DNA of 64,000 nt from Selaginella moellendorffii (Eukaryota > Plantae > Lycopodiophyta), in NCBI RefSeq assembly GCF_000143415.4, contig NW_003314340.1, positions 317,951 to 381,950 on the forward strand, read 5' to 3'. Positions 13,484 to 25,285 of the stretch are shown here, in pieces (the first letter of the stretch is position 1; every line of letters begins with the position of its first letter). The position numbers and the translations under genes were made by a program. Under the pieces are notes generated by a model. It worked only from the letters and a program-made list of their open reading frames with translations, did no database searches and had not been told where the DNA came from.

Positions 13484-16333
13484 AAAAGGAAAATTGTAAC
13501 ACATAAAAAGGTTGTTGGAGCCAAGAAGACACGAGAAATTCAATTCGGCACTGACGACGACATCACAATCGACATATCCATTGGCACAATAGAGACACAT
13601 TTAGTTAGAGATTCACCACCTCCACCACCTCCATCGCCACCTCCACCACCACCATTGCCACCACCACTGCCACTATTGCTTCTGCCCCCGCCGCCACCGC
13701 CACCACCACTGCCACTATTGCCTCTACCCCTGCCACCACCGCCACCACCACCAACGCAAATCCCTGAAGTTGGGCAATCTAGTGGTGTTCACGATAGGGA
13801 ACCTGAGGAGCAGCTTGGAGCTGAAAGAGTTGCAGACCTTCCTAACAATGTGGTGGATAAGCGCTTCCAAGAGACTGTTATGTGGACAAGGGAAAAAGCA
13901 GTTCACTAAACACTTGAGGCGCTCAAGTGGCCAGGCCCTTGTGACTTGATCAGAGAAATCCCCCTTTGCCGTTTGCAGCAAACGAACCTTGTCCGCACAA
14001 CATCCAAGTATGTCAACCCGGATATATACAGCTTGTTCAAACAGAATGGCCTTGCAACAAATATAGGTATGTTTCTAGTCTCTTTTTGCAAGCCAGGAAC
14101 AACGGAGATCATTACTGTCACACTCAAGATTGTGAATAGCTGGGATCCTATTTGGAGAAGGAAGTCCCTAGAATTTGATGACATGCTTATCAGACATCCT
14201 GAGACTCGACAGCTTGCGGGGACAATGTTCCAAATTATTGACGGTAACCACCGATATAGAGCTTGGATGAAGTGTATTGACGATCATTTTCGCGATGATC
14301 CTGTCTACCATATCAACGTTCCAGTCGGCCATGTCTATGCGAGGGGACCTTTGGATGTCAACAGACTTATTTTGGCTTGCCAAAAGATCAATGCTTAAGT
14401 TTTATAATTTTACCTCTAACTCCACTTTAACTTGTTTTGTTGTGTTTAAATGTAGGCTTGGGTAGTTCACTGTTCAAAAACAAAACCTTGTCCATGACAT
14501 CGAGCAACTTCGATTTTTGGTAGACTTGAGTAAGGATGACATCTGCCAACATTATGGTGATGATCTCACAACACTTGTTCGGCACTCACACACTCAAAAT
14601 GATGGTACAACTTGGTTCAACAACCCAATCAGTTTTAAGCTCGCTGTATGTCTTTCCCTTTTATTTTATAAAAGCCTCTTTTAATTGTTTACGTTTTTAG
14701 CCTTTGGTGAAGGTCAAGCAGGATGCTTACGAACTTGCATATCTGGAGAAGAGTCGGGAAGAGCTCTCAGCTGAGTTCGTACAAATTGAGCACAAAATTC
14801 AGCATGCAAAGTCCTCAAAGTTGAAGAAACTAATATGCATTGCAGACAATCGCAGGCCGAGATTTCTAAGACTGTTTTTTAATATATATTGTTTACAGGT
14901 ATCTTCGATATAGAGGCATGCCATTTGAGGCACCAGTTTGCACTCGACTTGTTGCAAAGGGTGTAAAGGATGGAGGAATGTACCCAACAATGTTTGCGAG
15001 AGTTCCGAAGGCATGGAAGATAGAATGCCCTTGGGAGTTAGAGCTCCTAGGGAAGGAGACCTCTACACTAGATCGCGAGGAAATTATCAATGCTAGCAAC
15101 GATGGCAATGCAAGTGACGATGGAGACGAGGATGAGGAAGCTCCAGATCAAGTTCGTGTTCCACCACCAGACAGTCAGGAACAAGCTCCAATTCAACCAT
15201 CAAACAACCAAGATCCGGATCAGGTTCTACCAGTAAATAACGATGACCAAGTGGTTCACAGAATATCACATCGACCTCGAGGTAAGCAAAAGTGAATTTT
15301 ACAAACTAAAGGTGGTAATACATGTTTTTTGCAGCAATGACTGTTGGTAGTAATTTCATTCCAGCTCGACGAGATGCTTGTGAAGAGGAGTTGGAGGAAC
15401 TCTCATCGACAATATGCCATATGACAGTATTATATTATTTATTACTTTTTTCATTCACTTAGCTCTTTTATAGGTCCGTCCAGTGTCCCCAATAACACGA
15501 GGCATTGTAGGTATCTTCATTAGCTCTTATAGTAGATTATTGACATCTTTCACGGAAGACAACATCGACATGGATATACGTCGCCAGTTCAACCGTTGAT
15601 GCTAAAAGATACAAAGGCCCGTGCTCCCAGTTGCGGACTTCATTCTCTTCGACTTTCCAAATGGTCTTTCAGATATCGATGGGAAAGTTAAGGATTGGAA
15701 CTTTCTCACACCTGACCACTTGCACGATGCATTCCTATTGTCCGAAGGACTTATGCTCGAAGCTGGCCATGTCGTCTTCATCCTACCGAATGACGCCAAC
15801 TAGATGTATGAGCTTATGACGTGTGCAGTAGAAGTTCATTTCAAGTCATTCTCTTCCAGATGCATCATGGATCCTATTGGCGTTGATACGAGGGGTGTCC
15901 AAGGGAAGCCTGAAAAGGTGAGTATGTATTTTATATTTTTATCTAATTTCTAAACATTTTTATTTTCCAGGTTATGATGTGGACCTATCATGCCTTCTAC
16001 AGAAACACACATGATGGGTTTCGTGATAGCGAATGTGCAGCATGTGTTTTGCCTAGGTATGACAGTTCCACTAACATCATACCCAACTTTATGGATGAGC
16101 AGATCCACAACACATTTCCAGGGTACCGATTCCAAACTCCATCGGCAATGCAAGTCTTGCTTGAGCTCTATTACCCACCAGATGGTGTTGTGATTGATTG
16201 CACAGCAGGTAGCAGTTCTATGGTGGAGGAAGCATGTGACTCTAGTAGGTCGGTGTTTGCTATTGAAGAACATCATTTCTTCAAACGCCGGCTCAGAGGA
16301 TTTCATGAGTTGCCTTCAACCTCAAGGAGGTAA
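13484..16333 (+). pseudogene. Spliced cargo gene of element A: Pro-rich region + ParB/Srx-like domain + beta-class N4/N6 DNA methyltransferase-like domain
   Basis: ORFs 13430-13909 and 13946-14398 are in the same frame, separated by one TAA. ParB-like IPLCRL..VR and FQIIDGNHRYRAW. Later exons carry ADFILFDFPNG (motif IV position) and FQTPSAMQVLLELYYPPDGVVIDCTAGSSSMVEEACDSSRSVFAIE (motifs X-I-II). Intron 15918-15971. Start codon not located. Confidence 0.8.
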
Positions 16334-16580
16334 ATTATGTTTATTAAAATTTCAATATATATTTCATTCTATTTTATAGATCACAGTCACCTAGAGTTTC
16401 TAGAATTGGAGGCTTTGGAAGTCTCCCTGACTATGCAGAAGCCATGGCTCAAAATATGCAAGGTGAATCTTCCCCACAATACCAATATAGGAGGAAGTAT
16501 AAAAGAAATCATTATGTTGATGATGAGGCATAAGAAAGTTAATTGCATCCTTACATAAAATGGAAAGCTTGTTATATGTT

Positions 16581-16635
16581 AGATGTCAGTGAAAGTGTCA
16601 GATGTCAGTAAAATTGTCAGATGTCAGTGTCAGAT
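16581..16635. repeat. Short tandem TGTCAGATGTCAGT array
   Basis: agatgtcagtgaaagtgtcagatgtcagtaaaattgtcagatgtcagtgtcagat. Confidence 0.8.
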
Positions 16636-16953
16636 ACCATAATTATAGATTATCATTCTCACCTGTCACCATCATTTTGTAGTGCTTGTGTGTTGCCATC
16701 TCCTCCTTCAACATTTTATAAACAATTGTATGTGATATGATAGCACCTTCTAGAACAAGGTATGTTACCTACAACTAATATCATTTTATTATATTTTTTC
16801 TTTTAATAGTGATAATACTATAGTATAGTAAAGTAATTCTAGATCTTACATTCCACTATAGGGTGGCCTTAAAACCCCATATTTTGTACTAGCCAATGCA
16901 GTGTTTCCCAAGGGGATGTTGTTCCTCACCATGAAGCGATAGTGGGTATGTGT

Positions 16954-17391
16954 CTATAACTCATTCTTGAATCTATTGTACATCCACACGTGCACATTTT
17001 CCAGACCTGCCGTTGAGCAATTCTTACAGTGCTCAAGAAAAGTTTGTAAACCCATAGAGCCATTTGTCTTGTCCAAGAAAAAGTAGTATATTAGACACCG
17101 AATGTAATAGTGTTCTGTGCTTTCAAGTAGTCCCGCCATGTCAGGAGCAAGATCTTGCAAAAACATGTGGCATTGCTCTTGAAGCACTGGAGGCAATCCC
17201 TCTCTAGTAGCAAGATCCGGAATTTCACATATAGGGAGTTCTAATTCAGCTTCACTAGAGCCCTCGGCAGAAAAAGGATTGTTATGTGGAGGTGAAGGTG
17301 GAATGTTGGTAGAATTTGGGGATGGAGGTGGAGATTGATATGAAATGCTGGGGGGCCAAGTACGATTAGCAATGGGTCCCCTTTGAGCCAT
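16954..17391 (-). CDS. Small intronless accessory ORF of element A (~145 aa, Pro/Ser-rich N-terminus, helical C-terminus with CxxC), function unknown
   Basis: Open frame from ATG at 17391 (MAQRGP...) in otherwise AT-rich DNA. TATA-like TATATAAA ~70 bp upstream on the minus strand (17461-17468). Confidence 0.5.
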   Translation of the reverse strand: MAQRGPIANRTWPPSISYQSPPPSPNSTNIPPSPPHNNPFSAEGSSEAELELPICEIPDLATREGLPPVLQEQCHMFLQDLAPDMAGLLESTEHYYIRCLIYYFFLDKTNGSMGLQTFLEHCKNCSTAGLENVHVWMYNRFKNEL

Positions 17392-17479
17392 TTCAATATA
17401 AACTTCTAAGGAGCTCAAGGAGAACACAAAACCTACAATGACTATAACTTTTCTAGATAGTTTATATACTAAGTTTTAG

Positions 17480-17621
17480 TCTTGGGAATGAGGTTTATTT
17501 ATTATGACACTGACAATACTCAAATTCTTGGGAATGAGGTTTATTTATTATGACACTGACAATACTCAAATTCTTGGAAATGAGGTTTATTTATTATGAC
17601 ACTGACAATACTCAGATTCTT
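17480..17621. repeat. 3 x 46-bp tandem repeat containing TGACACTGACA
   Basis: Unit tcttgggaatgaggtttatttattatgacactgacaatactcaaat at 17480, 17526 and 17572. Confidence 0.95.
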
Positions 17622-18831
17622 TAAATGTCAGTCTTAGAAATGGGGCTTCATAATCATAGCTTTCTTGTAAACATAAAAGCTTCTAGAATTTTAGATTATC
17701 ATGTATACACATGCTCTATCATTATGATGAATCCTACTTTGCTACACATATATTCTTTTCTACACATGCCAAATGTCTAGGGAAATAAATTGCAAGGAAA
17801 TATAGACCACATTATAATGGTAGAACACGTTGGCATGCTACCATTCTCTCATGTGAGATTGCCTTTCAGTCTTGGAAATGTAGATAAAGTTGATTCTTTG
17901 ATGTGATATTACTTTTGAGTCTTTCGAAAGATTTTGATTTCTTTTATCATTATTTACAAACAATTCCTAAAAACTTTTAATGAGGATTCACTGCAAAATA
18001 TACCTTGGTCTTATCATATGAGAGGATTGCGATATAGGCAAGCAATAGAGTTTTTAATATGAATTAATATGTAAATTACAAATGTCATGGAAAGTTTTAT
18101 GGAGTAGATTTCTTGGTGCTTTCCGCTATGCTGTTCATTTCTTCATATCTCTTGCTCTAGACTGTTGTTTAAGAAGTAACAGGAGCATTTTTATCAATTG
18201 TGATAGTGGTCTTCACATTCCCAGATGGGTAATAAGGACCAGGAGTCTAATATGGAGATTGTGGTAGTGAAACAAAATTAACATTCTCACATTCCTTTGC
18301 ACTATAACTCTTACTCACAGATCTTGTATTTTCCTTGCTTCCCATCTTCTCAAGAACCCTAAAAAATCTTTTGAATGAAGGAATAGTATCTACAATTGTA
18401 AAAGTATTCAAAATATTAAGTAGTCAAATAAAATATGACAGCTGTAACAATTGTCATAATAAAATAATATAGTTTTATAAAATATAGGTTCTCATAAACT
18501 TTGTCTTTTCTAAAAAATTCAATCTTATAGAAACTTTTAACTTAGATATTTATGTATTTTAATATTTTAAAGTTTGCTAGAACCTTCATTTGTTCAATTT
18601 AGATCTCCTTTGTAATATTTCTTATTGACTATGTTGACTTGAGTTGACATGTGTTGAATTGAGCTCAACTCAACTTTGGACCATCCCCCACAGCTCCAAG
18701 CATCCAGTTCAAACGAATCAATAAACCTGAAATTTAGAATTGCTCATAAGTATGAGACACAAAATCCCTAGGCCCCAAATGGAGCTGGAAAGGGTGCCAC
18801 GTGGTAGTGGCCGAAGCGAAAGCCAAACGAG

Positions 18832-21570
18832 CGTAACACATTTGAACTAAAAGCTCCGACTTGAAAGGTCGAGAGCGGGAGTGGAACTCCCAACAAAGTG
18901 CTCGAGGAACAAGCACAAAGCGAGCAATAAGCAAGGCTCCAAAAAGGGACCCAAAAGGACCAACACATGACACATGGAAGTGTTCGAGATGGAGTCCGAG
19001 ATGGACCGAGATGGAGTCCGAGATGGAGTCCGAGATGGACCGAGACGGAGTCCGAGCTGGACCGAGACGGAGTCCGAGATGGACCGAGACGGAGTCCGAG
19101 ATGGAGTCCAAGATGGAGTCCAAAGTGGAGTCCGAGATGGACCGAGACGGAGTCCGAGATGGACCCGAGATGGAGTCCGAGATGGAGTCCGAGGTGGAGT
19201 CCGAGACGGAGTCCGAGATGGAGTCCGAGATGGACCGAGATGGAGTCCGAGATGGAGTCCGAGATGGACCTGAGATGGAATCCGAGATGGAGTCCGACAA
19301 GGACCCGAGATGAAGTCCGAGGTCGAGACCAAGACCGGGACCAAGACCAAGACCGAGACCAAGACCGGGACCAATACCGAGACCGGGACTGAGACCAGGA
19401 CCGAGACCGAGACCGAGGCCGAGACCGAGACCGAGATTGAGACTGAGGCGGAGGCCGAGACTGAGTCCGAGTCCCAGTTCAAGTCCGAGTCCGAGTCCGA
19501 GTCCAAGTCCGAGTCCGAGAGGGTGAAAGCCCAAAGCATTCGTCTCCCAGACCCTGGGGGGTTTGGTAAGCTCCAAAAGTATAGTAAGGGGGAGGACTGC
19601 AGTGGAGCCAGTTTGGCCAGGAAAGGCCAATTTAGCCCAGGAAGGGCCAGACCCAGTGTTGGGTGATGAACTGACCACTGGGAAGTCCAAGACTAGAGTG
19701 AATACGGACCGACAAGCGGGGTAGCTTAGTGAAGTGTTCAAGAGCCGGCTCTAGTTCCCCCGGGAGATCAACTAGCCGATGCTCCCAGTCCAAGTGTGGG
19801 TGGCACTACCTACTTGGATACCAGGCGTGGCTCAATGGAACCTCGCTCTAAGCCCATGGCTAGAGCACCCAATGGTGGAAGGCGGGGAGAGTACCCAGGT
19901 GGCTCGCGTAAGGCCACGGTATTCCGAAGTGTTGTCCCAAAGTCCCAGACTGTGGAAAGGACAAGGAGCAGTCCTTTGGTGTGGTGGCCAAGGATACGGT
20001 CATGTGGTGAGGAAGTCCTAGAGGACCATGGGACTTAGTGGTCAGGCTTGTGGGCCTCAATCCAGTGGCAATGTTGGCTAACACGGCCAAGGGCAGAAAG
20101 GGACTTAGTGGGGACAGACAGAGGGATATTGAGGAAGGCTGTTCCCCTTGTCAGTGGGCATCCTAAGGATGCTAAGGAGTGGATCTGGGATGACCACTCA
20201 CGGATGGTTGGCTTAGTCTTGGAGAGACAAGACTGTGTTGCAAGTGGTATTGGACTACCGGTGCAGCAAAGGTGATTGGGCATGGCTTTAGCGTAACAGG
20301 CTGCTATGTCGGTGGTACCTTTGAGTGTCGGTCATGGGATCGGACATGTGGAGCACTTGGACCAGGTGCAAGGGTGGAGTGGCATGGATGCCACTTTTGG
20401 GGCTAGCAAGTCCCAAGTCCTGAATTGGACTTATGGAGGTTGTGAATGAGACACCTCCAAGTGGTCAGAGGTGTGGTTAAATGACTAAAGTAGAATGGAA
20501 AAATTAGTCGCTTACAACTTGGTATCGGAGCTATTCCTTAGCCCGACTCTTATTGGTGGCCAAGTATACCACCACTTGTATTGGAATTGGAAGGTCCTAG
20601 ATATGGACCTATCCTCGAGGAGTAGCATGTCGAGAGGACATGGCTCTCCACTCAAGCTCATGCGTGAACTTGTGCACGATATGGTGGATGGAAAAGGGGC
20701 CAGTAAGAGAACAACTTTGGGATCTTGGGAACAATATAAGGGTTTCCTCAGAGAGCTGAGGATGTGATTCAGATAAGCATTTGACGCAGCAAATGAGCTA
20801 ATGTAGTTGTGGTAAACAACTATAGTTGGGATCACCGGAAAGATGCAGACTCCAAAACAATAAAGGAGTCACAAGATTACCCTTATATGGTTGAAGCTGG
20901 TACTCATAAATTTGAGACCCGAATTGTTGACCGTGGGAGGTCAAATACAGAAGAGGACACAAGTCCTCGAAATGGTAGCCGGGGCTACCTCTAATAAATG
21001 CTGGAACAACCCAAGGAGTGGGGGTGTACTCAGAGGATGAGTTGGTATTCTCATCACATGGACAAGTGGTCCTAAGGGGCAAAAGGTTGCCCCAAGAGAA
21101 CAAATCAAGTATCGGAGTAACACTTGCAAAGATGGTCCTTGTGAGTAAGACCTGAATACAAGAAGTTGTATTTCAGTGAGCTAGCACCTCAAAAATAGGA
21201 CCTTATGGGTCGTTGGATTAACAAAGTCCAAAATGCTAGATGACTCAAGTGGAGTCGGGGAATGGTCTTAGGGGATTGGTTGAGGCATTTGGACTGAGGT
21301 GTATGGTGCCCCATGAGGTGTGGGGAGGATCATAAGATCCAAGTATGAGAACAGTAGATATCTCATTGATGGTAGAATGTGCCATACTAAAGTTGTGGGA
21401 AAGATATTCCCAGAAGAAAGCTCTATTTCGTTAAAGTGGGATTTATTCAGTAAAATGGGACTAGGTACAAATTTTCAAGTATTTGAAAATGACGTGAAAT
21501 TATATGTTTTTTGTCCAGGGGCTAGACATATCTGGGGCATGGTGACTAGCGCGGTGACTTTGTGTCCAGA
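18832..21570 (+). mobile_element. Truncated LTR retrotransposon: ~1.7-kb 5' LTR, PBS and decayed gag
   Basis: The LTR ends ...CTTACA at 20516, followed by the tRNA-iMet PBS TGGTATCGGAGC (20520-20531) and a gag-like remnant (TTLGSWEQYKGFLRELR). LTR start inferred at cGTAACAC (18832). No 3' LTR. Confidence 0.65.
18986..19520. repeat. Minisatellite inside the LTR: GAGATGGAGTCC/GAGATGGACC units grading into GAGACC/GAGTCC hexamers
   Basis: Directly visible contiguous tandem array without unique spacers. Confidence 0.95.
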
Positions 21571-22216
21571 CTGAGTCCATCTGGTTGTATAATAAATCTC
21601 ATTGTCAAGGTGAACAAGCCGAATCTGAAGCTAAAGAAGAGCGATGGCATGCGCGCACACACTATTTGTTTGTTCATTGAACGTGTGGTGAGCTTTCCAA
21701 GATGAACGTCATTCCTATTAGCCAGACATATAACTTAATGGTGAGAACATTTAGATATTATTCAATGTTATCTTTTTCTAATGAATCTAATTGTGAAGGT
21801 GTAGCAAGAGGCATTGCTAGTCTGGAGAAGTCATTTAACTCATTTGACCCTTAGTGTATTTTCATGAAACTAAATAACATTCATATTGTTAAGGAATTTC
21901 TCTAGTACCTTTTTTTTACAACATAGAGGCTTGCATTTCTTTCAAAGGTGATTTAGTAAAAGGCCTGAGGGCACATGCCATTCTATTTCTCAGACCGGTA
22001 TTAAGATATACTAGTGCAAAGGGAAAAAGGTATTTGGTGATCAAGTAAATGGCATGAGGGCACACGCCATTATAAGCCTAAGCGCTAGTGGACACCTCCT
22101 TTTTGGTGTCACGCCTCACGCCTCACGCCATCACGCCATGCCATCACGCCTCCTCTGATTCAGATTCGGATTATTCACCTTGAAATAAAATACATTAGAA
22201 ACTTAGTAAAGGAATA

Positions 22217-25200
22217 TTAATGAATCTCACCTTGAACCCGGGTTATGAATGCTCTTGCTGCATCTCTTGCATGGTCTGGCAAGGTGATGGTGGCACTCTG
22301 CTTCCGCATCCAACCATGCACAACATTATCCACCGATATGCTCATGCTGGGATCCCTTGGATTCAGCACCCATCTCTTTTCTAGGCAATCCTTCGTATAT
22401 CCGGAACTTGGCTTGAACCACTCCACAGTTACATTGAAGGAGTTAGTTTCCGCGTCCTCCTCTACATCAGTGATGCAGCACCCCACCCATATCATTTGTT
22501 TTTTATTACTGGGTCTGACAAGCACGACCATTCCTTTGCAAACCTGTACTGGATTGAATGCTGAATCCGGCTTCTTGTTCCTCGGCCCACAACAGTGATC
22601 CTCAACATCGTTATTTGTCACTGCATTTCCAGAGGACATTGTTCCGCTACTATCTGGTGCTCTGGGTTCTGGCCAAAAGGACTCTTCCAATTCTTCATAT
22701 ACAACCGGCCCATTTTGGATAGTAGATATAATCTTCTCCCAGTATTCGAGCAAAGGCTTGCACCTCTTAAAATAGGATTCTCCACCAAACACCAACCCCC
22801 TCTTCCAGAAGGCAATATGCTGTCTAATCCCGGCCACTATACTTTCCTGGTCTTTGAGTCCATCTGGGTGCATCGGCCGTGGGGAACCCTGAGGAATCAT
22901 AGGTTCCCCAGTTATGGGATCTCTCTTGAAGAGTTCAATGCCGTCCATTGGCAGCCACACTGTGTCCCATTCTCTCATCTTGTACCTCATCACTGGAGCA
23001 CCGTCACGCATGCTGAAATGAAACTGAAGAGGCTTGGAGTGGCCAATCAGCATTTCAGATCCGTCCCTGATGTAGCCTCTTACAAACCCCTTAAAGTCTG
23101 GAACCTCTGTCACAAGTGCAGCTTCAACAGTGCCTTTGATGCAATTTTGGAATTCATCGTAGAGTTGTGGGACGGTGAGGACATTGGATCGCCGTAGGGA
23201 CTCTGCCAGGTGACTGAACATGGCATCGACGTCTTCATGAGTGTGCCCAACCATGAGAAAGCCAAGTGTAACCATTTCAAATATGCCTTTGGCAACAAGC
23301 ATCGCCAAGTACGCGAAGATGTACATGTTTTTGTTCTCATTGCCAGCATTGTCTGTTTGGAGCAGAAGATGGGGTGGAAGGCCACATCGGCCGCAAGAAC
23401 TTCCTTGAGATTCTGCTTCGTTTGGATGAGGCTGTGCATTCACCGGGCGACCAGCCTCGTCGGAATGGCATGAGGCCTCACGTGATAACCCCACAATCTG
23501 ACGGCCAACATATTCACTGGGATGGCATGGGGCCCCACGCGATACTGCAAGCCTTTGCTCCTCCTCTAGCTGAACCCTGTATGGGGTTCGATCGACAAGG
23601 GCCTTATGCAAGGGTTGGCCGTTCAGCTCAGTCTGCGCACTTTGCAGAGACCTTAAGTGTTTTGCTAGGGACGCAATCATCATGTTTGCACTCCCGCCAC
23701 CCCATAGAGGTACAAAGAAGTTCCCATAGTTCTGGGCACCATGCCCATGAGCGATTATGCCAAACAGAGACACAGGCAGCTGCATGGATGAAGAGATTGC
23801 CTTGGGGGCAGGATTGAGTCGAGGTAAGCATGTCTTTTTCTGGTCCATTTTGTCGTGGATGATGCAGAGGTAAGAGTCAGGTCTCTCCATGGAGAGAATC
23901 CTGTTATGATAATATGCAGTCCTGCAGCTTCTCTGCTCGATGTTGTGGTCGAGCCGCCTTCTAACCAACGTCTCTCGCTCTTGAGCGCTGCAAGAATTCT
24001 TCGACAAAGCCATTTTGATAGCAGTGCACTCGTCACACTTTGAAAAGTTGGAGTACTTTCCTATACTCACATCCTTGAACCTGTTGCTCCACAATCTACT
24101 AAATCTAGATTGGCTCAGCTTCCTGTAGCCATTACTCTGGAGTTCCCGATTCACATCTTCCAATATGACCCCCTTGGTATACATGGAAGGGAGAACTCGT
24201 TGGGTGTCTCGTGTTCCATCTTCCAAAAGGCAGGTTTTATGTGGTTGCTGCTCGCTACATGTCTCGACAAACCTCTTGAAGATTGCCTCTCCATATACAA
24301 CATGACCCCTGGTTTTGTGCGTACCGTCGTTCCAATGGACTGCCTGTTGAACCCTTTGTTCCTCAAACTCAGTTTTGATTCTATAGAATGTGCTTCGAGG
24401 GACTCCATAAATGATTCTCCATGCCTTCATGCAGACCAAACCCCTATGGAAGACCATGCCCCCCACCTGATGTTCTGAAGCATCAACAGATGACCGTAAT
24501 GCCTCATACACAAAATTGCGAGCTACCTTCCAGGACAATGTCTTGTATCTTGCTCTCTCCTCTTCAATAGCATCCCAATCAGCATGTTGATAGCACCTCC
24601 TCTTGCAACAAGCAACTGTCGAGACCATTCGAACCTCCATCGCCATTTTCTGCCTTTTCGGTTCGTTGCTCAGATCCCTTTGGCTGCGCTTTAGGAAGAT
24701 GTACTTTCTTTTCCCATGAAGAGATGTTCTATCATCAGTTATAGTGGTGTTTGATTGTGAATCCTTCACATTCTCAAACACTAAATGCCTCAATTTCCAC
24801 CGCACAATGTTTCCAATAGTCAGACTGTTTTCTTCTATGTCAACAACCTCTAAAATCGCAACTCCAATATCATCCCAGCCCAATTCTTGATTAGCAACCG
24901 CATCTCTTGGATCGACAACTGTGGCTAAGCCCTCAGCTACCACCTCCCCCTCGGGGTTGTTTAGAAACACCTTTGCCTGAATCCATGTAGCACGGTTCTT
25001 AAGATCCACGAAGGGAACATGTGTCGCACTTGCGCTGTCCCCAACATCTGCTTTCTTCTGCAGATTTTTCAAGGTAACAACAACATTTACCCCGACGACC
25101 ATCTCTCCTCGTTCAATAGCGACCACATTCCCATCGAAGACAGTCTTTACTGATATAGCAGCATTGCCTTCCCCAAGCTTTTGACAGTGTATAACAAAGT

Positions 25201-25285
25201 TCCAATCCATAAACACAAGGGTCCCTTTTGCAACTCTCTTCCCACTATTCAAAATGTAAACCTTTTCCCCAACCCTGAAGGCCAT
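22217..25285 (-). CDS. Sola-like DDD transposase, 1022 aa, uninterrupted
   Basis: FSKCDEC..H Zn motif; CIIHDKMDQ (D1), LLLQTDNAGNENKN (D2), FLMVGHTHEDVDAMFS (D3). Two N-terminal repeats resemble the TNP1/En-Spm (Transposase_23-like) domain; the C-terminal beta-rich segment looks BAH/Tudor-like. Probable 5'-UTR intron 25287-25587. Confidence 0.85.
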   Translation of the reverse strand: MAFRVGEKVYILNSGKRVAKGTLVFMDWNFVIHCQKLGEGNAAISVKTVFDGNVVAIERGEMVVGVNVVVTLKNLQKKADVGDSASATHVPFVDLKNRATWIQAKVFLNNPEGEVVAEGLATVVDPRDAVANQELGWDDIGVAILEVVDIEENSLTIGNIVRWKLRHLVFENVKDSQSNTTITDDRTSLHGKRKYIFLKRSQRDLSNEPKRQKMAMEVRMVSTVACCKRRCYQHADWDAIEEERARYKTLSWKVARNFVYEALRSSVDASEHQVGGMVFHRGLVCMKAWRIIYGVPRSTFYRIKTEFEEQRVQQAVHWNDGTHKTRGHVVYGEAIFKRFVETCSEQQPHKTCLLEDGTRDTQRVLPSMYTKGVILEDVNRELQSNGYRKLSQSRFSRLWSNRFKDVSIGKYSNFSKCDECTAIKMALSKNSCSAQERETLVRRRLDHNIEQRSCRTAYYHNRILSMERPDSYLCIIHDKMDQKKTCLPRLNPAPKAISSSMQLPVSLFGIIAHGHGAQNYGNFFVPLWGGGSANMMIASLAKHLRSLQSAQTELNGQPLHKALVDRTPYRVQLEEEQRLAVSRGAPCHPSEYVGRQIVGLSREASCHSDEAGRPVNAQPHPNEAESQGSSCGRCGLPPHLLLQTDNAGNENKNMYIFAYLAMLVAKGIFEMVTLGFLMVGHTHEDVDAMFSHLAESLRRSNVLTVPQLYDEFQNCIKGTVEAALVTEVPDFKGFVRGYIRDGSEMLIGHSKPLQFHFSMRDGAPVMRYKMREWDTVWLPMDGIELFKRDPITGEPMIPQGSPRPMHPDGLKDQESIVAGIRQHIAFWKRGLVFGGESYFKRCKPLLEYWEKIISTIQNGPVVYEELEESFWPEPRAPDSSGTMSSGNAVTNNDVEDHCCGPRNKKPDSAFNPVQVCKGMVVLVRPSNKKQMIWVGCCITDVEEDAETNSFNVTVEWFKPSSGYTKDCLEKRWVLNPRDPSMSISVDNVVHGWMRKQSATITLPDHARDAARAFITRVQGEIH

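Larger units (their letters stand above)
8456..18688. mobile_element. Element A: ~10.2-kb MULE-type DNA transposon with asymmetric (degenerate TIR) ends and cargo genes
   Basis: Left end GGGCGCGGACCATACTTGAG vs right end (revcomp) GGGGATGGTCCAAAGTTGAG, 14/20 identical; both carry GAGTTGAGCTCAATT. Flanks are cacggctc (8448-8455) and cacagctc (18689-18696), an 8-bp TSD with one transition. Contains a MULE transposase relic. Confidence 0.7.

Noticed and set aside
13610-13760. Extensin/formin gene from the poly-proline tract
   Set aside because: It is a low-complexity segment in frame with the ParB-like domain of the element A cargo gene.
18986-19520. CRISPR-like array or repetitive protein ORFs (335, 230, 150 aa)
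   Set aside because: There are no unique spacers and no cas genes. The ORFs arise from stop-free tandem repeats inside an LTR.
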